Part shown: positions 12,855 through 25,864 of the stretch, one piece after another | Numbering within the stretch: position 1 is the first letter of the stretch | Layout: each line of letters starts with the position of its first letter | Origin: Octopus sinensis | Taxonomy: Eukaryota | Assembly: GCF_006345805.1 (NCBI RefSeq) | Contig: NC_043016.1 | Location: 5,022,001 to 5,086,000, forward strand | Length of the DNA: 64,000 nt | Direction of reading: 5' to 3' | Program-made: the position numbers and the translations under genes | The notes under the pieces: model-generated | Database searches by the model: none | Told to the model about the DNA's origin: nothing | Seen by the model: only the letters and a program-made list of their open reading frames with translations

Positions 12855-12900
12855 AAAACTGTTACTCAAAGCTTCACGTTCCCGTTCGTCGGACAGTTTT
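12855..12900 (-). ncRNA. Hammerhead-like motif (family H4) with an 8-bp stem I
   Basis: Minus strand: AAAACTGT-CCGACGA-ACG-GGAA-CGT-GAAG-CTTTGAG-TA-ACAGTTTT. Confidence 0.55.
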
Positions 12901-12971
12901 GTTTAGAATGGTGTTTTGTGTGTGTGTGTTTGTGTGTGTGTGTATGTGTGTCTCTGGTGTGTGTGTGTGTG

Positions 12972-13036
12972 TGTAGTGGTTAAATGCGTGGGCTACTAAC
13001 CCCAAGATCCGAGCTCGATTCCAGGCAGTGACCTGA
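12972..13036 (+). mobile_element. tRNA-like head of SINE-H
   Basis: gtgtagtggttaaatgcgtgggctactaaccccaagatccgagctcgattccaggcagtgacc, matching the head at 7820-7897 (minus). Confidence 0.75.
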
Positions 13037-13042
13037 ATAATC

Positions 13043-13090
<48 letters not shown>

Positions 13091-13100
13091 GTATAATAAA

Positions 13101-13159
<59 letters not shown>

Positions 13160-13264
13160 TAAAATAATAATAATAATAATAATAATAAAAATAATAAAAA
13201 AATAAAATAATAATAATACATAATAATAATAATAATATATAATAATAATAAAAATAAAAATAAA

Positions 13265-13299
<35 letters not shown>

Positions 13300-13366
13300 T
13301 AATAATAATAATAAAAATAATATAATAATAATAAATAATAATCATAATAAATAATAATAATAATAA
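13037..13366. repeat. (AAT)n microsatellite (LINE target tract)
   Basis: Direct inspection. Confidence 0.95.
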
Positions 13367-14750
13367 ATGCACGTAACAAGGTGTTAGCTATAAATTCCCT
13401 AGCAGTTCCAGTTGTTACTTATAGCTACAATGTGTTGAACTGGAATATGAGTGAAGTAAAGAATATAGATAGAAAAATACGCAAGCTGCTGAGTTGTAAT
13501 AGGATGCACCACCAAAGGCAGACGTAGATCGCCTTTACCTTCCCAGAGCCCAAGGAGGTCGAGGCCTGATCCAATTTGAACTAGCTTACAAAACAACCAC
13601 AATTGGACTGGCCAAATATCTCGAAATATCGAATGACTGGATGCTAAGCTCGTGGAAAAATCACGAGAGACGAAGAAGCTCATTCTATCATTAAGGAAGG
13701 AAAGCAAATTTGCTATTGATCTCGTGCAGGATACCCAAACTGAACAACCCGAGGGAAGTACGGCAACTATTGTTGCAAAGAAGGTGAAAATGATGGCAAT
13801 GAAAAAAGCGCACGAGCAATTGGCTGATAGGTGGGAGGAGAAACCTCTGCACGGCAAATATGTGACCCGCAGCAAACAAGCTGATGTTGACCAGAAGCAA
13901 ACCCATCAGTGGCTACGGAGCTCAGGGCTAAAAGCAGAGAGCGAAGGTTTCATCCTGGCTGCTCAAGACGAAAGCCATCAACCCGGAACTACCAGGCCAA
14001 TGTGATGAAAAATGGAGCAGACCCAAATGCCGATTCGGCAACGACATGATTGAAACAGTGGACCACCCATCTCTGGATGTAAAGTCTTAGCACCAGTGGA
14101 GTATAAATTAAGACATGACAGAGTTGGCCAATATCTCCACTGGCTAATAAGTCGGCATTACAATCAAAACTGCCGACAAGTGGTATAATCACCACCCTGA
14201 GGCTGTAACTGAAGGAGAAAATGTAACCATTCTGTGGGACTTTCCAGTACATACAGACCGAACCATCAAGGCCAATAAACCAGATATTGTTGTGAAAGAC
14301 CAAAACAATAAAGTTTGCTTATTGATCGACATGAGCATCCCCTGTGATCATAATATCTCAGCGAAAGAGTTTGACAAGCTCAGAAAATATAAAACCTACT
14401 CATTGAAATTGAGAAATGTGGCATCTCAAGGCGGTTACAATACCAGTGATCGTAGGAGCACTAGGAATGATCAAGAAGGGAACCGAAAATTATATGAGAT
14501 GATCCCTGGCTTACCATCCCTGCAAGAAGTGCAAAAGATTGTCTTAAATGGTACATCACACGTATTGAGAAGAGCATTGTCGATGCGAGAACTGTTGCTG
14601 CTCATGTATTTTAATTTAACTTTTAAAAAAAAGAAAAAAAATGAACGAACTTACTGAGTTTGGTTTAATGGCCTACCAATATACACTATGAGTTTCTTTG
14701 CCTAGGAGTCGGGAAGACACTCGGCAAGAAATGGAAGAAAATTTGAAAGA
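13367..14750 (+). mobile_element. 5'-truncated R4/Dong-like non-LTR retrotransposon (RT C-terminus, Zn knuckle, restriction-like endonuclease)
   Basis: Frameshifted ORFs: RMHH.KADVDRLYLPRAQGGRGL; KPLHGKY...QTHQWLRSSGLKAESEGFILAAQD; RHDRVG..LHW; ILWDFPVHTDRTIKANKPDIVVKD..LLIDMSIPCD..K..KY; LQEVQKIVLNGTSHVLRRALS. Flanked by (TAA)n on both sides. Confidence 0.85.
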
Positions 14751-14766
14751 AGAAAAAAAAAAGTAA

Positions 14767-14811
<45 letters not shown>

Positions 14812-14879
14812 TAATAAAAATAATAATAATAATAATGATAATAATAATAATAAAAATAATAATAACAACAACAACAACA

Positions 14880-15059
14880 ACATCGAAAAATACCTTAGGA
14901 ATGAGAATCCAGGTTCGAAATTTCCCCAAGACACCTGATGAAAGCTGGATGGTATATCAGCCGAAATGTTGTGTTAACAAGATGAAGATAAATATCCTTC
15001 AAATTTAAGTAATGTAAATAAATGTACATAATTGCTCATCTCTTAAATATAAAACTGTA
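14880..15059 (+). mobile_element. SINE-H body with hammerhead motif at 14931-14974 (family H1)
   Basis: CATCGAAAAATACCTTAGG...ACAC-CTGATGA-A-AGCTG-GATGGTATAT-CAGCC-GAAA-TGTT-GTGT...ctcatctcttaaatat. Confidence 0.8.
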
Positions 15060-15119
15060 TAATTAATATATTCTCCAGGTATAATTATTGCACACTCACC
15101 CACCCACGAATATATATTA

Positions 15120-15165
15120 ACAAGGAGGGAGAGGAGAGGAGGAGACAGAGATAGAGAGAAGAGCG

Positions 15166-15202
<37 letters not shown>

Positions 15203-15207
15203 TGAGA

Positions 15208-15259
<52 letters not shown>

Positions 15260-15260
15260 C
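15120..15260. repeat. (GA)n microsatellite
   Basis: Direct inspection. Confidence 0.95.
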
Positions 15261-15849
15261 AGAATGAAAGAGGCGGCTTTCCTTCCTCGAAAATCTTGCC
15301 GCAAGGTGGATATCCGTAACGGGATTTTTTCATTGTTTCCATGTTTATTATTGTCTATTTACCATCGAAAGAAGTCGATGGGGGAACCCTCCTGCATGGC
15401 AAGAAATTTGGTGTTAAGTCTTCTGCGATTATATCGGCCTCAGTTATCGCAAAGACCCAACAGTAAAAGATAAAATAGATTACGAACGAATTTGAACTCG
15501 GGAATAAAATGCCAAATCGATGAGTATTTTGTTCAACGTTTACGTGATTCTCAGAATGCATCGAAGAAATACGGGCAATTAGCTAAGGGAGATAACTTGA
15601 CAGAATTATTTCCCTTGATAAGAGTGCTTATTTTTCTTAAATTTTTACATCTTTAAATAGATTCATTTTTTGATTTTTCTTTTTTTTTTCAACTTAATTT
15701 CTTTTTACATTTTACATGTCTTCCGTCATCTTCAGAAATGTTGAAAGGCAATATTTCAATAATTTCCCATCATTCACTTTATAACATCAACTAATGTTAG
15801 TTATCCACTTTTCTCTCATTTATCCGTTTCACTTAGTCTCAGCCAGAGG

Positions 15850-16066
15850 CTCTCTTACTCTCTTTTACTTGTTTCAGTCATTTGACTGCGGCCATGCTGG
15901 AGCACCGCTTTTAATCGAGCAAATCGACCCCGGGACTTATTCTTTTGTAAGCCCAGTACTTATTCTATCGGTCTCTTTTGGCGAAGCGCTTAGTAACGGG
16001 GACATAAACACACCAGCATCGGTTGTCAAGCAATGCTAGGGGACAAACACAGACACACAAACACAC

Positions 16067-16098
<32 letters not shown>

Positions 16099-16101
16099 AA
16101 T

Positions 16102-16145
<44 letters not shown>

Positions 16146-16306
16146 GACGGGCTTCTTTCAGTTTCCGTCTACCAAATCCACTCACAAGGCTTGGTCAGCC
16201 TGAGGCTATAGTAGAAGACACTTGCCCAAGGTGCCACGCAGTGGGACTGAAGCCGGAACCATGTGGTTGGTACACAGGCTACTTACCACACAGCCACTCC
16301 TGCGCC
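15850..16306 (-). mobile_element. SINE family A, full length
   Basis: As for the other copies. Confidence 0.9.
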
Positions 16307-16469
16307 TGTGGCAAATGCATGGGCATTGCCTTTAATTTGATTGGTTTTACTTCCACACTCATTTCCTGACGCTCTCTCTAAAATTTTTTCTCATCAAGTA
16401 GCAATTGAGACAAAGTTGGTTTGTTTTTCTTTGTGCTCTGTTGCAATGAGGATTCATCTGGTATCTCAG

Positions 16470-16950
16470 TTATCCACATGGTAAGACCTCACCTGGAATT
16501 TGCATCACCGGTCTGGAATCCCTATCTTGCCCAGGATATTAATCGTCTGGAAGCCGTTCAGCGACGTGCAACCAAAAGAATACCCTCCATCAGGCATTTG
16601 CCATATTCTGAACGCCTTAATTCCCTGGGCATGGACACATTGAAACTCCGACGTCTGGCAGCTGACCTGGCAGACACCCATAAAATTATTAACCATCTTA
16701 CAAACAATAACTCTGAGCACCTTTTCAAACTCCACCCATCTAACACCCGTGGGCATGTTTACAAAGTCAGAAAACAGCACAGCTCCCATGACTTTAGGAA
16801 ACATTTTTTCACGCTGAGAGTTGCTGAAGCATGGAACAAACTGCCGGCATTAGTTGTTAGTTGTCGGAGCACTGCATCCTTCAAAACGTCCATGCTTCCT
16901 GAGATTCGCCAACACAACACCTCATTTTCTCCCCTCCATCTACAGTTCGC
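16470..16950 (+). mobile_element. CR1-clade LINE 3' end (RT C-terminal region)
   Basis: ORF 16421-16960: VRPHLEFASPVWNPY..LEAVQRRATK..YSERL..L..RRL..DL..FFTLRVAEAWNKLP..SFK, the typical CR1/L2 ORF2 tail. Confidence 0.9.
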
Positions 16951-17305
16951 ACACCTCTGAGGCTGTGTGACAGACTGTTTAAAAGTTAGAGTCACATAAA
17001 ACCTGAGCTTCTACTGAACTGGGTTCTTATTCTTGGTCAATGATTCCCAAGCTTTTTCGGACACTCCCCACTTGGATCCCGGCCCACTTTTCCAGCTCTG
17101 CTCACCCAATCATTATAATCACAGATGTCTTTCTACTTCAAATTCAAAACAACTTTATATGGCAAATAACCTAGCTAACCCATTATTTTTAGTTCGATTT
17201 ACCCCATTTTTTTTTCTACAATATGAAAGAGCAAATTTACATCTCCCCACTCCCCGTAACTACGTTGAATTTTTTTGTGTGTGTGTGAAATATGTACTTT
17301 GTATA

Positions 17306-17525
17306 GGCGCAGGAGTGGCTGTGGGGTAAGTAGCTTGTACCAACCACATGGTTCCGGGTTCAGTCCCACTGCGTGGCATCTTGGGCAAGTGTTTTCTACT
17401 ATAGCCTCGGGCCGACCAGTGCCTTGTGAGTGGATTTGGTAGACGGAAACTGAAAGAAGCCCGTTGTATATATGTATATGTATATATATATATATTATAT
17501 ATATATATATATATATGTGTGGTGT

Positions 17526-17560
<35 letters not shown>

Positions 17561-17762
17561 TGTGTTGTCTCCCCAGCATCGCTTGACAACCGATGCTGGT
17601 GTGTTTACGTCCCCGTCACTTAGCGGTTCGGCAAAAAGAGACCGATAGAATAAGTACTAGGCTTACAAAGAATAAGTCCCGGGGTCGATTTGCTCGATTA
17701 AAGGCGGTGCTCCAGCATGGCCGCAGTCAAATGACTGAAACAAGTAAAAGAGAAAGAGTAAA
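17306..17762 (+). mobile_element. SINE family A, full length
   Basis: As for the other copies. Confidence 0.9.
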
Positions 17763-17879
17763 GAGGATATCAGCTCCCAACAACAGGTCGAAAGATACTA
17801 AAAATTAGTCTTAGATGCCCGCGTTCAGCAATTTTCTGTCCGGGTTTTTTCTTTGCTTTGAAAGAAGCTGGGCAGCTGC

Positions 17880-18560
17880 ACTGAAGCCCCGCTCTACTGA
17901 ATATGATGTTGGGAAAAGAATAAAATACTTCTTGACTTTGTTCACTATGCAGGGTAACAATCATAAATGTCCATTGCCTTCCTATAATCAAGCCACACTG
18001 TTCCAAGAGGCCCCGACGATTCTTTTCACGTCAGTGGGACTGAACCCGGAACCATGTCAGAAGTTGTTCAGCATACCTCATACTTCTACTTTCCACCCAC
18101 CAGCTCATCAGTCGTTACGTTGTTAGATTCAAAATTGGGGTAATGGGTTGATGCAGCTTGTGTACAGTTTATAAATAATATTTAAGGAAGCAATGGAACT
18201 GTAGTTTTCAGGCAACTTCAATGGTTTCATTCTTGACTACGGGATTCATTCATGCTATAACAAACCAATTTGGTAGTCAATCTGACCTTTCCTAGTACTC
18301 TTTTGAATATATTTATTAATGGTTTCCTATAAAATGTCAGCCTCTTATACCAGTTTCCAATTCTTAGGTCCCTTCCAGGTGCCTTCCCATTATGCAGTTT
18401 TTCTACAGTTATGGTGAAAATTTCCGTGTCATTTGCATGTTTTACTGTTGATGCTAGTACAGTATTTACTGTTTACTGCATTTATCCACGAAACATTGGG
18501 GTTGAGGTTCCCCTTTTCGCTCCAGGTTCTCACCCAGAATGATTCAAGATCTTGAGAGGA
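17880..18560 (-). mobile_element. Highly degenerate R4/Dong-like RT fragment
   Basis: Minus-strand pieces KLHNGKAPGRD..WYKRLT, PENYSSIASLNIIYKLYTSCI and VWLDYRKA (RT domains 0-3). Confidence 0.65.
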
Positions 18561-18904
18561 AGCTTTCTTAACGGTAACATTTTTCTTCCTAGTCTATCTG
18601 TATAATGTTTGTGGGTTAGAAGCAAATTTGTGAATTGTACAGGCTCGTTCAAAATTTCGCCTGCGGTCAGATTTGTAAATCTGTGACCCATTTACAAAGG
18701 TAAATTGATAGGTCGATACAGAGTGATAGAGAAAGTACACGTAGAGACTGTGAAGAGGATGAGAGCATGTGATCGACAACGGATCAATCAATTAATGAAG
18801 ATGATCTGTGGAATTAAACCCTTCCAAATATTTATTCGGAACAATTGTAGGCCTTCAATAAATGTATATAATTCATTATTTGGGTGTATTTTTATATACA
18901 CTAA

Positions 18905-19412
18905 TGTATGTATGCATGCATACGTGTATGTATGCATGAAATGTATGCGTGTATGTATGTATGTATGTATGTATGTATGTATGTATGTATGTAGGTATGT
19001 GTGTATGTATGTATGTATGTGTGTATGTATGTATGTATGTATGTATGTATGTATGGATGGATGGATGGATGTATGTATGTATGTATGTAGGTATGTGTGT
19101 ATGTATGTATGTATGTGTGTATGTATGTATGTATGTATGTATGTATGTGTGTATGTATGTGTGTATGTATGCATGTATGTATGTATGTATGTGCGTATGT
19201 ATGTATGTATGTATGTATGTTTGTATGTATGTATGTATGTATGTATGTATGTTTGTATGTATGTATGTATGTATGTATGTTTGTATGTATGTATGTATGT
19301 ATTATGTATGTATGTATGTATGTATGTATGTATGTATGTATGTATGCATGTATGTTTGTATGTATGTGTGTGTATGTATGTATGTGTGTGTCTGTGTATG
19401 TATGTATGTATG
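18905..19412. repeat. (TATG)n array directly upstream of the RTE element
   Basis: Direct inspection. Confidence 0.95.
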
Positions 19413-22400
19413 TCAAATCACTTATGAAGCTCTCATAAGTGCTGCTTGTAACATGGAATCCAGTACAACCTGTTGCATGGTCGGGTTGTCAGCGACTAAA
19501 CTGGCACCCCCAACCAGGCTACTCTAATGAGGAGGGTTGCTAAAAACCCAGCAGGATTAAAAACATGACCTGTTCAAAATATCGGATGAACCTCGTGCAG
19601 GCTCAACGGCAATCTAGCAGTAGCATGGGCACGCAGAAATTCAGGGATAATGTCCGGCCTGCTAGAAGACCACTGGGAGTGAGACACCCCACAGCTTCTG
19701 TTGAAGCATGTCTCTAGGAGATGGTCACTCTAATATAAAACCAGATATGCAGGGAATGGCACAGGACATTTTGGAGGTATTTGGTTTATGCTGGATATCA
19801 AGGCGTTCCCACATCCCTGAGCCTACGAATCATATTGGCACCAGACATCTTGCTCCGGCATGTCTCTGGATAATACCAATAGAGTGGAGAGGGTCTATGA
19901 GGTGTCGTGCGGGCCTTATTGGACCTAAAACTCTGCACACGCATTGCTGACCTCTACTCGATATGTGCTGCTTTTCTTTCGTCCCTATATATTATGATTT
20001 TATTTTTGGTTCGGCAAAAGAGACCGATAGAATAAGTACTAGGCTTACAAAGAATAAGTCCTGGGGTCGATTTGCTCGACTAAAAGGCGGTGCTCCAGCA
20101 TGGCCGCAGTCAAATGATTGAAACAAGTAAAAGAGTAAAGAGTAAAGAGATTTATTTTATTTTTATTCAGAAGTCCTTCGGCGATGGAAAGTGATGAACC
20201 ATGCAGACCTGACAGGTTTGAAGCATGTAGTCAGCGACCTGCACGTAAGCGGCCCATGCTAGATATAAAGTCATCTCCTTGTCGCCCAAGACAGCGATAG
20301 GATTCGGTTGCTGCATGGCTGTCTGAGCAGCTCCATTTGGAGAGAGCACTGTTCACCCGGAGCCCAGGAAAGTTCTAGGAAAGGTGAACCAAAAATTGCT
20401 TGCCTTTCTATATCAGGTCAGTTTAGCGCGACTGACAGATGTCCACCCCACGCTCGAAACACAAAGAGTTTTTTTTAACAAAATCTGGATGGAACTTAAA
20501 CATTTTATGTTGGAATGTGCGCACTCAGTTGGAAAACAAGAGTGATTGTAGGCTTTAAAAAAGCTCTGCACTTGTTTGCTCGCGACCTGAACCGCTATAA
20601 CATTGATATAGCTGCACTTTCAGAGACTCGTATCGAAGGTGATGGTCAGCTTGAGTAAGTAGGAGGTGGATACACCTTTCTTTGGAAGGGAAGGCAGAAG
20701 GAGGATCGCAGAGAGGCTGGTGTTGGCTTTGCATTTCGATCTGATATCCTTAAGTAGTTGGAAGAGCTTCTTGTTCCTATTGCACCTGAAAGGTGGGCGG
20801 TTTGCTACTCTAATAAGTGCCTATGCACCTACTTTGACAAGTTGTGATGAAGATAAAACTATTTTTTATACCCAGCTATGAGCCATACTTATGAAACTCA
20901 CCAATTCTGATAAAGTCATTCAACTGTGGGATTTCAATGCCAGTGTTGGAACAAACAGGCAAACATGGAACTCTCGAGGACGTTTTAGAGTAGGGAAAAT
21001 GAATAGCAGTGGTCTCATGCTGCTGGAGATTTGCGATGATCATGGACTTCGCAAGCACTCATTTTATGCACAAAGGTGATCGCAAAGCAACGTGAATGCA
21101 TTCAAGGTCTAAAGTTTGGCACTTTTGTCATCATCCAGAATCTTTGACATTTGTAATGTCAAGTCCTTTCATGGATCGGAATGCTGGACAGACCACAGTC
21201 TGGTGCGAGCAAAGTCCTAGATGATGATTAGAGTGAAAGAGAGAAGTAGTCCAGATGGCATTCCTAGGTGTTTGAATGACCACAAGATATACGATATTGT
21301 GTTGAGGAAAGAGGTTCAGACTCGCTTGTCCAGCATTGAAAATACTACAGTACGAGAAGATTTCCGAGACCAGGTTCTTCAATGTTGCTGCTGAAACACT
21401 GGGATATTCTGCTGCCAGACACAGAGTCTGGTTTGATGAAAATTATGCTGAAGTTTAGCGTCTATTGGTTGTAAAGCGTCGTGCTTTCTGTGTATTACTG
21501 CGCAGAGGACTTTTAGCTGTGCGACGAAATCTAGCACTTTCTCACTATAGCAGTGTAAAATCATTACCGCAGTGATCTCACAGGAAGATGCAGAACACTT
21601 AGTGGGAGGATCTTGCTCGTGATGTTCAGGCTGCTGCTGATGCAAATGACAGCAAGAAGCTTTACCACCTTATGAAGCAGGTTTATGGGCTTTAGAGCTC
21701 TGCATCAGCTCCTTTGCTTTCCAAAGAAATTTCTACTCTATGCAACAAAGGCTTCTCATTGGCTGCTTAAATTCCACGCCCTCAATAGATGAGGTAATGA
21801 TATCGATAAATAAATTGAATCTTAGTAGGGAACCAGGAAGGGATGGAATTTGTGCTGAGGTCTTGCGATTTGGTGGTGATTACAACATTCAGTTCCTTCA
21901 TGAACTTAGTGCAGTCAGAAGGGACGGTGCAATGCCTAAGGATTGGAAGGATGCAATTATTCTTCCTCTCTATAAAGGAGGAGCTAGAACAATGTGTGGT
22001 AACTACAGGGGTATTCCTCTACTATCACCTGCTGACAAGGTTCTGACAAATATGGGTGTCTCGTAAATGATGTCCAATCTGAATCTCACTGTGGCTTCCA
22101 GTCTGGTAGAGGGACAATGAATATGATTTTCACAGCAAGACAGATACAGGAGAAGGGCTATGAGCAGAATACGGATTTTGTCCAGGTATTCATTGATTTA
22201 ACAAAGGGATTTGATACTGTGAATAGGGCCTTTCTATAGAAAATACTTGGCAGACTTAGATGTCTGGATCACTTTGTATCTAGATTTCATGATGGGATGG
22301 TGGCTTGGGTCAATGTTGCTAGTGGGACCCATTCCTGTAGAGAATGGTGTCAAGCAGGGTGACATCCTTGCCCCAACTCTTTTTCCTTTGTACTTTGCTG

Positions 22401-23272
22401 CTGCTTTCACTCATGCTTTTGCTAAGGTTAGCTCTCTAGGAATATATATCAGATATCGATCTTCTGACCGCCTCTTCAATCCGCGCCGATTTGTTGCCAA
22501 TTCAAAAGTTTTCTAGTCTCTTATTCGTGACCTCCTTTATGTAGATGACTGTGACTTAGTCACTCATACATTGGATGACATGCAAATACTTATGAACCAT
22601 ATTTCAGCTTCTTGTGAGGAATTTGGAATCAGCATTAGCCTGGAAAAGCTGTTGTAATGTTCCATATGTGGAACCAGCTATCTTGGTTGAAGGAACAATT
22701 CTGAAAGTCGTAGACAAGTTTGTCTACCTGGGCAACACATTCAGCCGTTCTTGCTCCCTGAATGATGGATTATCTTTCAGGCTGCAGAGAGCAACTGGTT
22801 GCTTCCGGCCTTTTCAATCTCGTGTCTGGTCCCAGTATGGCATCACAAGGCAAACAAAAATTGCTGTATACCGTGCATTTATTCTGACATCGCTGCTTTA
22901 CTCATGCGAGACATACCAAAGCTGCGATTTAAGGACTGTCTCAAGTCCTCATTAAAGGCCTGTGCTAAGTAGGAGACTGACTGGGAGAACAATGCCTGAC
23001 ATCGTCACAGATGGAGGACGCAGGTTAAGGAGGGGGACAACACCTTTGAGAGAGCACGTATTCTGTATGAAGAATTTAAGCGTGCTACTCGAAAACGTAC
23101 AACGGAGAAAGTTTGGTTTACAAAGTTTGCAGTCGTGTCTACATGTCAAGAGCAGGGCTCATTAGCCCGCAATAGAGCTGCAAATGCAAAATATAAGTTA
23201 GTCCTGGAGCGCACAACGTTCCTGAAGGTCAGCAATGGTCTTCCTCGGTCACGAGTGGACGGCCATCATCAT
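19413..23272 (+). mobile_element. Near-full-length degenerate RTE-clade LINE (APE endonuclease + RT), interrupted by a SINE-A 3' half
   Basis: About 20470: NILCWNVRT..ARDLNRYNIDIAALSETR..GGYTFFW; LISAYAPTL; REPGRDGICAEVL; CGNYRGIPLLS; FIDLTKGFDTVNR; GVKQGDILAPTL; LLY.DDC; DKFVYLG; TKIAVYRA..LLYSCET. Ends ggacggccatcatcatg running into (TATG)n. Confidence 0.85.
20005..20150 (+). mobile_element. SINE family A 3' half nested in the RTE
   Basis: ggttcggcaaaagagaccgatagaataag..gaaacaagtaaaagagtaaagag. Confidence 0.85.
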
Positions 23273-23401
23273 GTATGTGTGTATGTATGTATGTATGTAT
23301 GTATGTATGTATGTATGTATGTATGTATGTATGTATGTATGGATGGATGGATGGATGGATGGATGCATGGGTGGATGCATGCATGCATCCATGCATGTAG
23401 A

Positions 23402-23432
<31 letters not shown>

Positions 23433-24104
23433 ATAGATGTGTGTGTGAGAGAGAGTGCGCGCATATATATACTTATGTTTACATTACTGGTGTGAAGTGT
23501 GTGTGCATGTATGTATAATGTAACGTATACCCACGGCCAACTGTGCTAGCGCCAAGTATCCGCTACGAATTCAATACCCCGGGGTCTAATACCTAGGCTC
23601 TATCTTTACCCATCCCAGTTAAATATGACAATTATTCCTCCTCCTTACCGGCACCATCTACATGCTCCTATTACCCCCTATTTCTTCCCCTTTTCTTTTT
23701 CTTCATTTTTATCAACCTTATACGACCCTCACTTCCACGTATATGATCTCAACCTTATCTTTCTTACTTCTTGACCGTTTTTTGTTTTCTTTTATTCCGT
23801 TCTTCAGGCTCTGCTGTTCATTTCAGTTCATATCTGCAGTGAGATAACTTGGAAATACCAAACGTCAATATAACCTTCGCAATTAAGGAATGCCGTGATT
23901 AAGATATTCTCCGTAATTAAGGTATTCTCAGCTTTAGGACTAGCTGAGTAACCTTCGTTGAGTAATTATTACATCAGAGGATCAGCTAGCTAAGAAGAAG
24001 CTTGTGTTACCTGGATTTTACCCGTCTCACCCTTTCAATTTGGGAATGGTATATATGTGTGTGTCTGTGTGTGTGCGAGTGCGCGTGTGTGCGAGTGTGC
24101 GCGC

Positions 24105-24182
<78 letters not shown>

Positions 24183-25864
24183 AAGAAGAAAATGCAAATA
24201 TTTCGAAGTGGTTTTGCTGATATTCTTTGCACAAATTATGTTCTCATATTCTATATACAACTTTTCTGAATATCGAGCAAAGCAACTTCCAAGATGGCAA
24301 CACGGTTCCATATTCTTTCATAGTAAAACCTTTGTCTCCACTGGATTTACTTTTAGACATCTAGATTATAAGTTTCTTCTCCCGTCTTTGAAACATATCT
24401 TCTAGTTCCTTAACAGATTAGGCTATATGAACAAGCATAGTTGAGGCCGTCGACATGCTTATGGTTTATAAGTAATAGGCTGCCTAAATCTAATCCGTGA
24501 TGGACGACAACTTGTATTCTAAATTACTTACTAAACTCGCTTACTTCTCTCACATTGCTAACGATACGTCCGATACACCTGTGTATTGCTCGCATAACTC
24601 TCATAAGCCATTTATATAGACATAGTTTTATTATCGCCATACTATAAAGCGTGAAAACTCTGCCAACCTACTTCTACAGGTCAATGAATGCTAGGTATTG
24701 CGACTTGCTACTGGCTAAAGAATTTCTCTTGAAATTATTTCATTAAGAATAGGTCATAGGAGGTTCCTGTAGTAAGACAAATCCAAAATGAATAACATCT
24801 AAGCTAATTTTCTTTTTAAATAGCTGTATTATAACAGTTTCTACAATTTAAAGAAAATGTTCCATCAATTTCCTGCCTCTGTTTCCGTTCTTCACCTTGT
24901 TTGCCTGAACCTGTGGAAATTTTAAAGTTTAGTGAAGACTTAAAAATTTGGTCTATTGATGTAATTTTCTACGCTGAATCCCATGGGCTAATTCACTTTC
25001 CCTAGAAACATTTTTTGTGAAAAGTTATAAAGGTTTAAAGTTTGATCATTTTTACCCAATCAGAAAACAGGATTTGGAAGCTGTCATTTTGTGCGTGACT
25101 GCACGTGTTGTCAACTGTAAACAAATTAAATATTACGAAAGAGGAGCGCTAAGCAGTGATAAATATAACTGTAATGTTATTATCAATCCGAATATGCTTG
25201 ATGCACGTTCGAACTGGGGAACAAGCTACTCACTGCATTTTGTCACGGAGAGTATATCTCACTTGTTGGCAAATGGTATGTATACGCCTAAATCAGCTCG
25301 CAGCGTCACTGGAAAAGTATAAGAGAATCAATCTCTTCCATCAGTTCGTAGCGTCGTCTGCCTAGTGTCTGTGACCGAAGAGGAGATAACTGCTCCGAAA
25401 TGCTAGCACCTCACAGTGTAGGTAGGTGGCGCTGCCAACTGATCTACGTGTATACGCACCATTTATCAACGAGCGAGATATATTCTCCGTGGCAAAACGC
25501 AGTGAGCAGCTCGTTCCCCAGTCGAACGCGCATCAAGAATATTCGGACTGATAATAACATTCCAAATGAAATATCGGTGGAATTCTGCTTTACGCACGCA
25601 ATATAACCCCACATGAGTTTTTTTTTTTTTTAATTTTGGGAATTTTCAATAAAGTCAGCGAATTCGTATTCTACACAAAGGAATTCATACGATTATACAG
25701 AAATAAAAAATAATGGTGCGTGATTTAAGGCCTATTTAGCTACTATTTTTAGTACATCTCCCGACTACCTGTGTTTTAAGCATTCAATAAGCGAAAATGT
25801 CTACGTGGGTTACCAACTTCGCTGGTTACTAAAGAAACAGGCAACTAGATGTCTGTGGCTTTAG

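Noticed and set aside
12874-13379. Poly-I/Y/L/N ORFs here and at 14686-14934, 63006-63447
   Set aside because: Translations of (AAT)n microsatellite.
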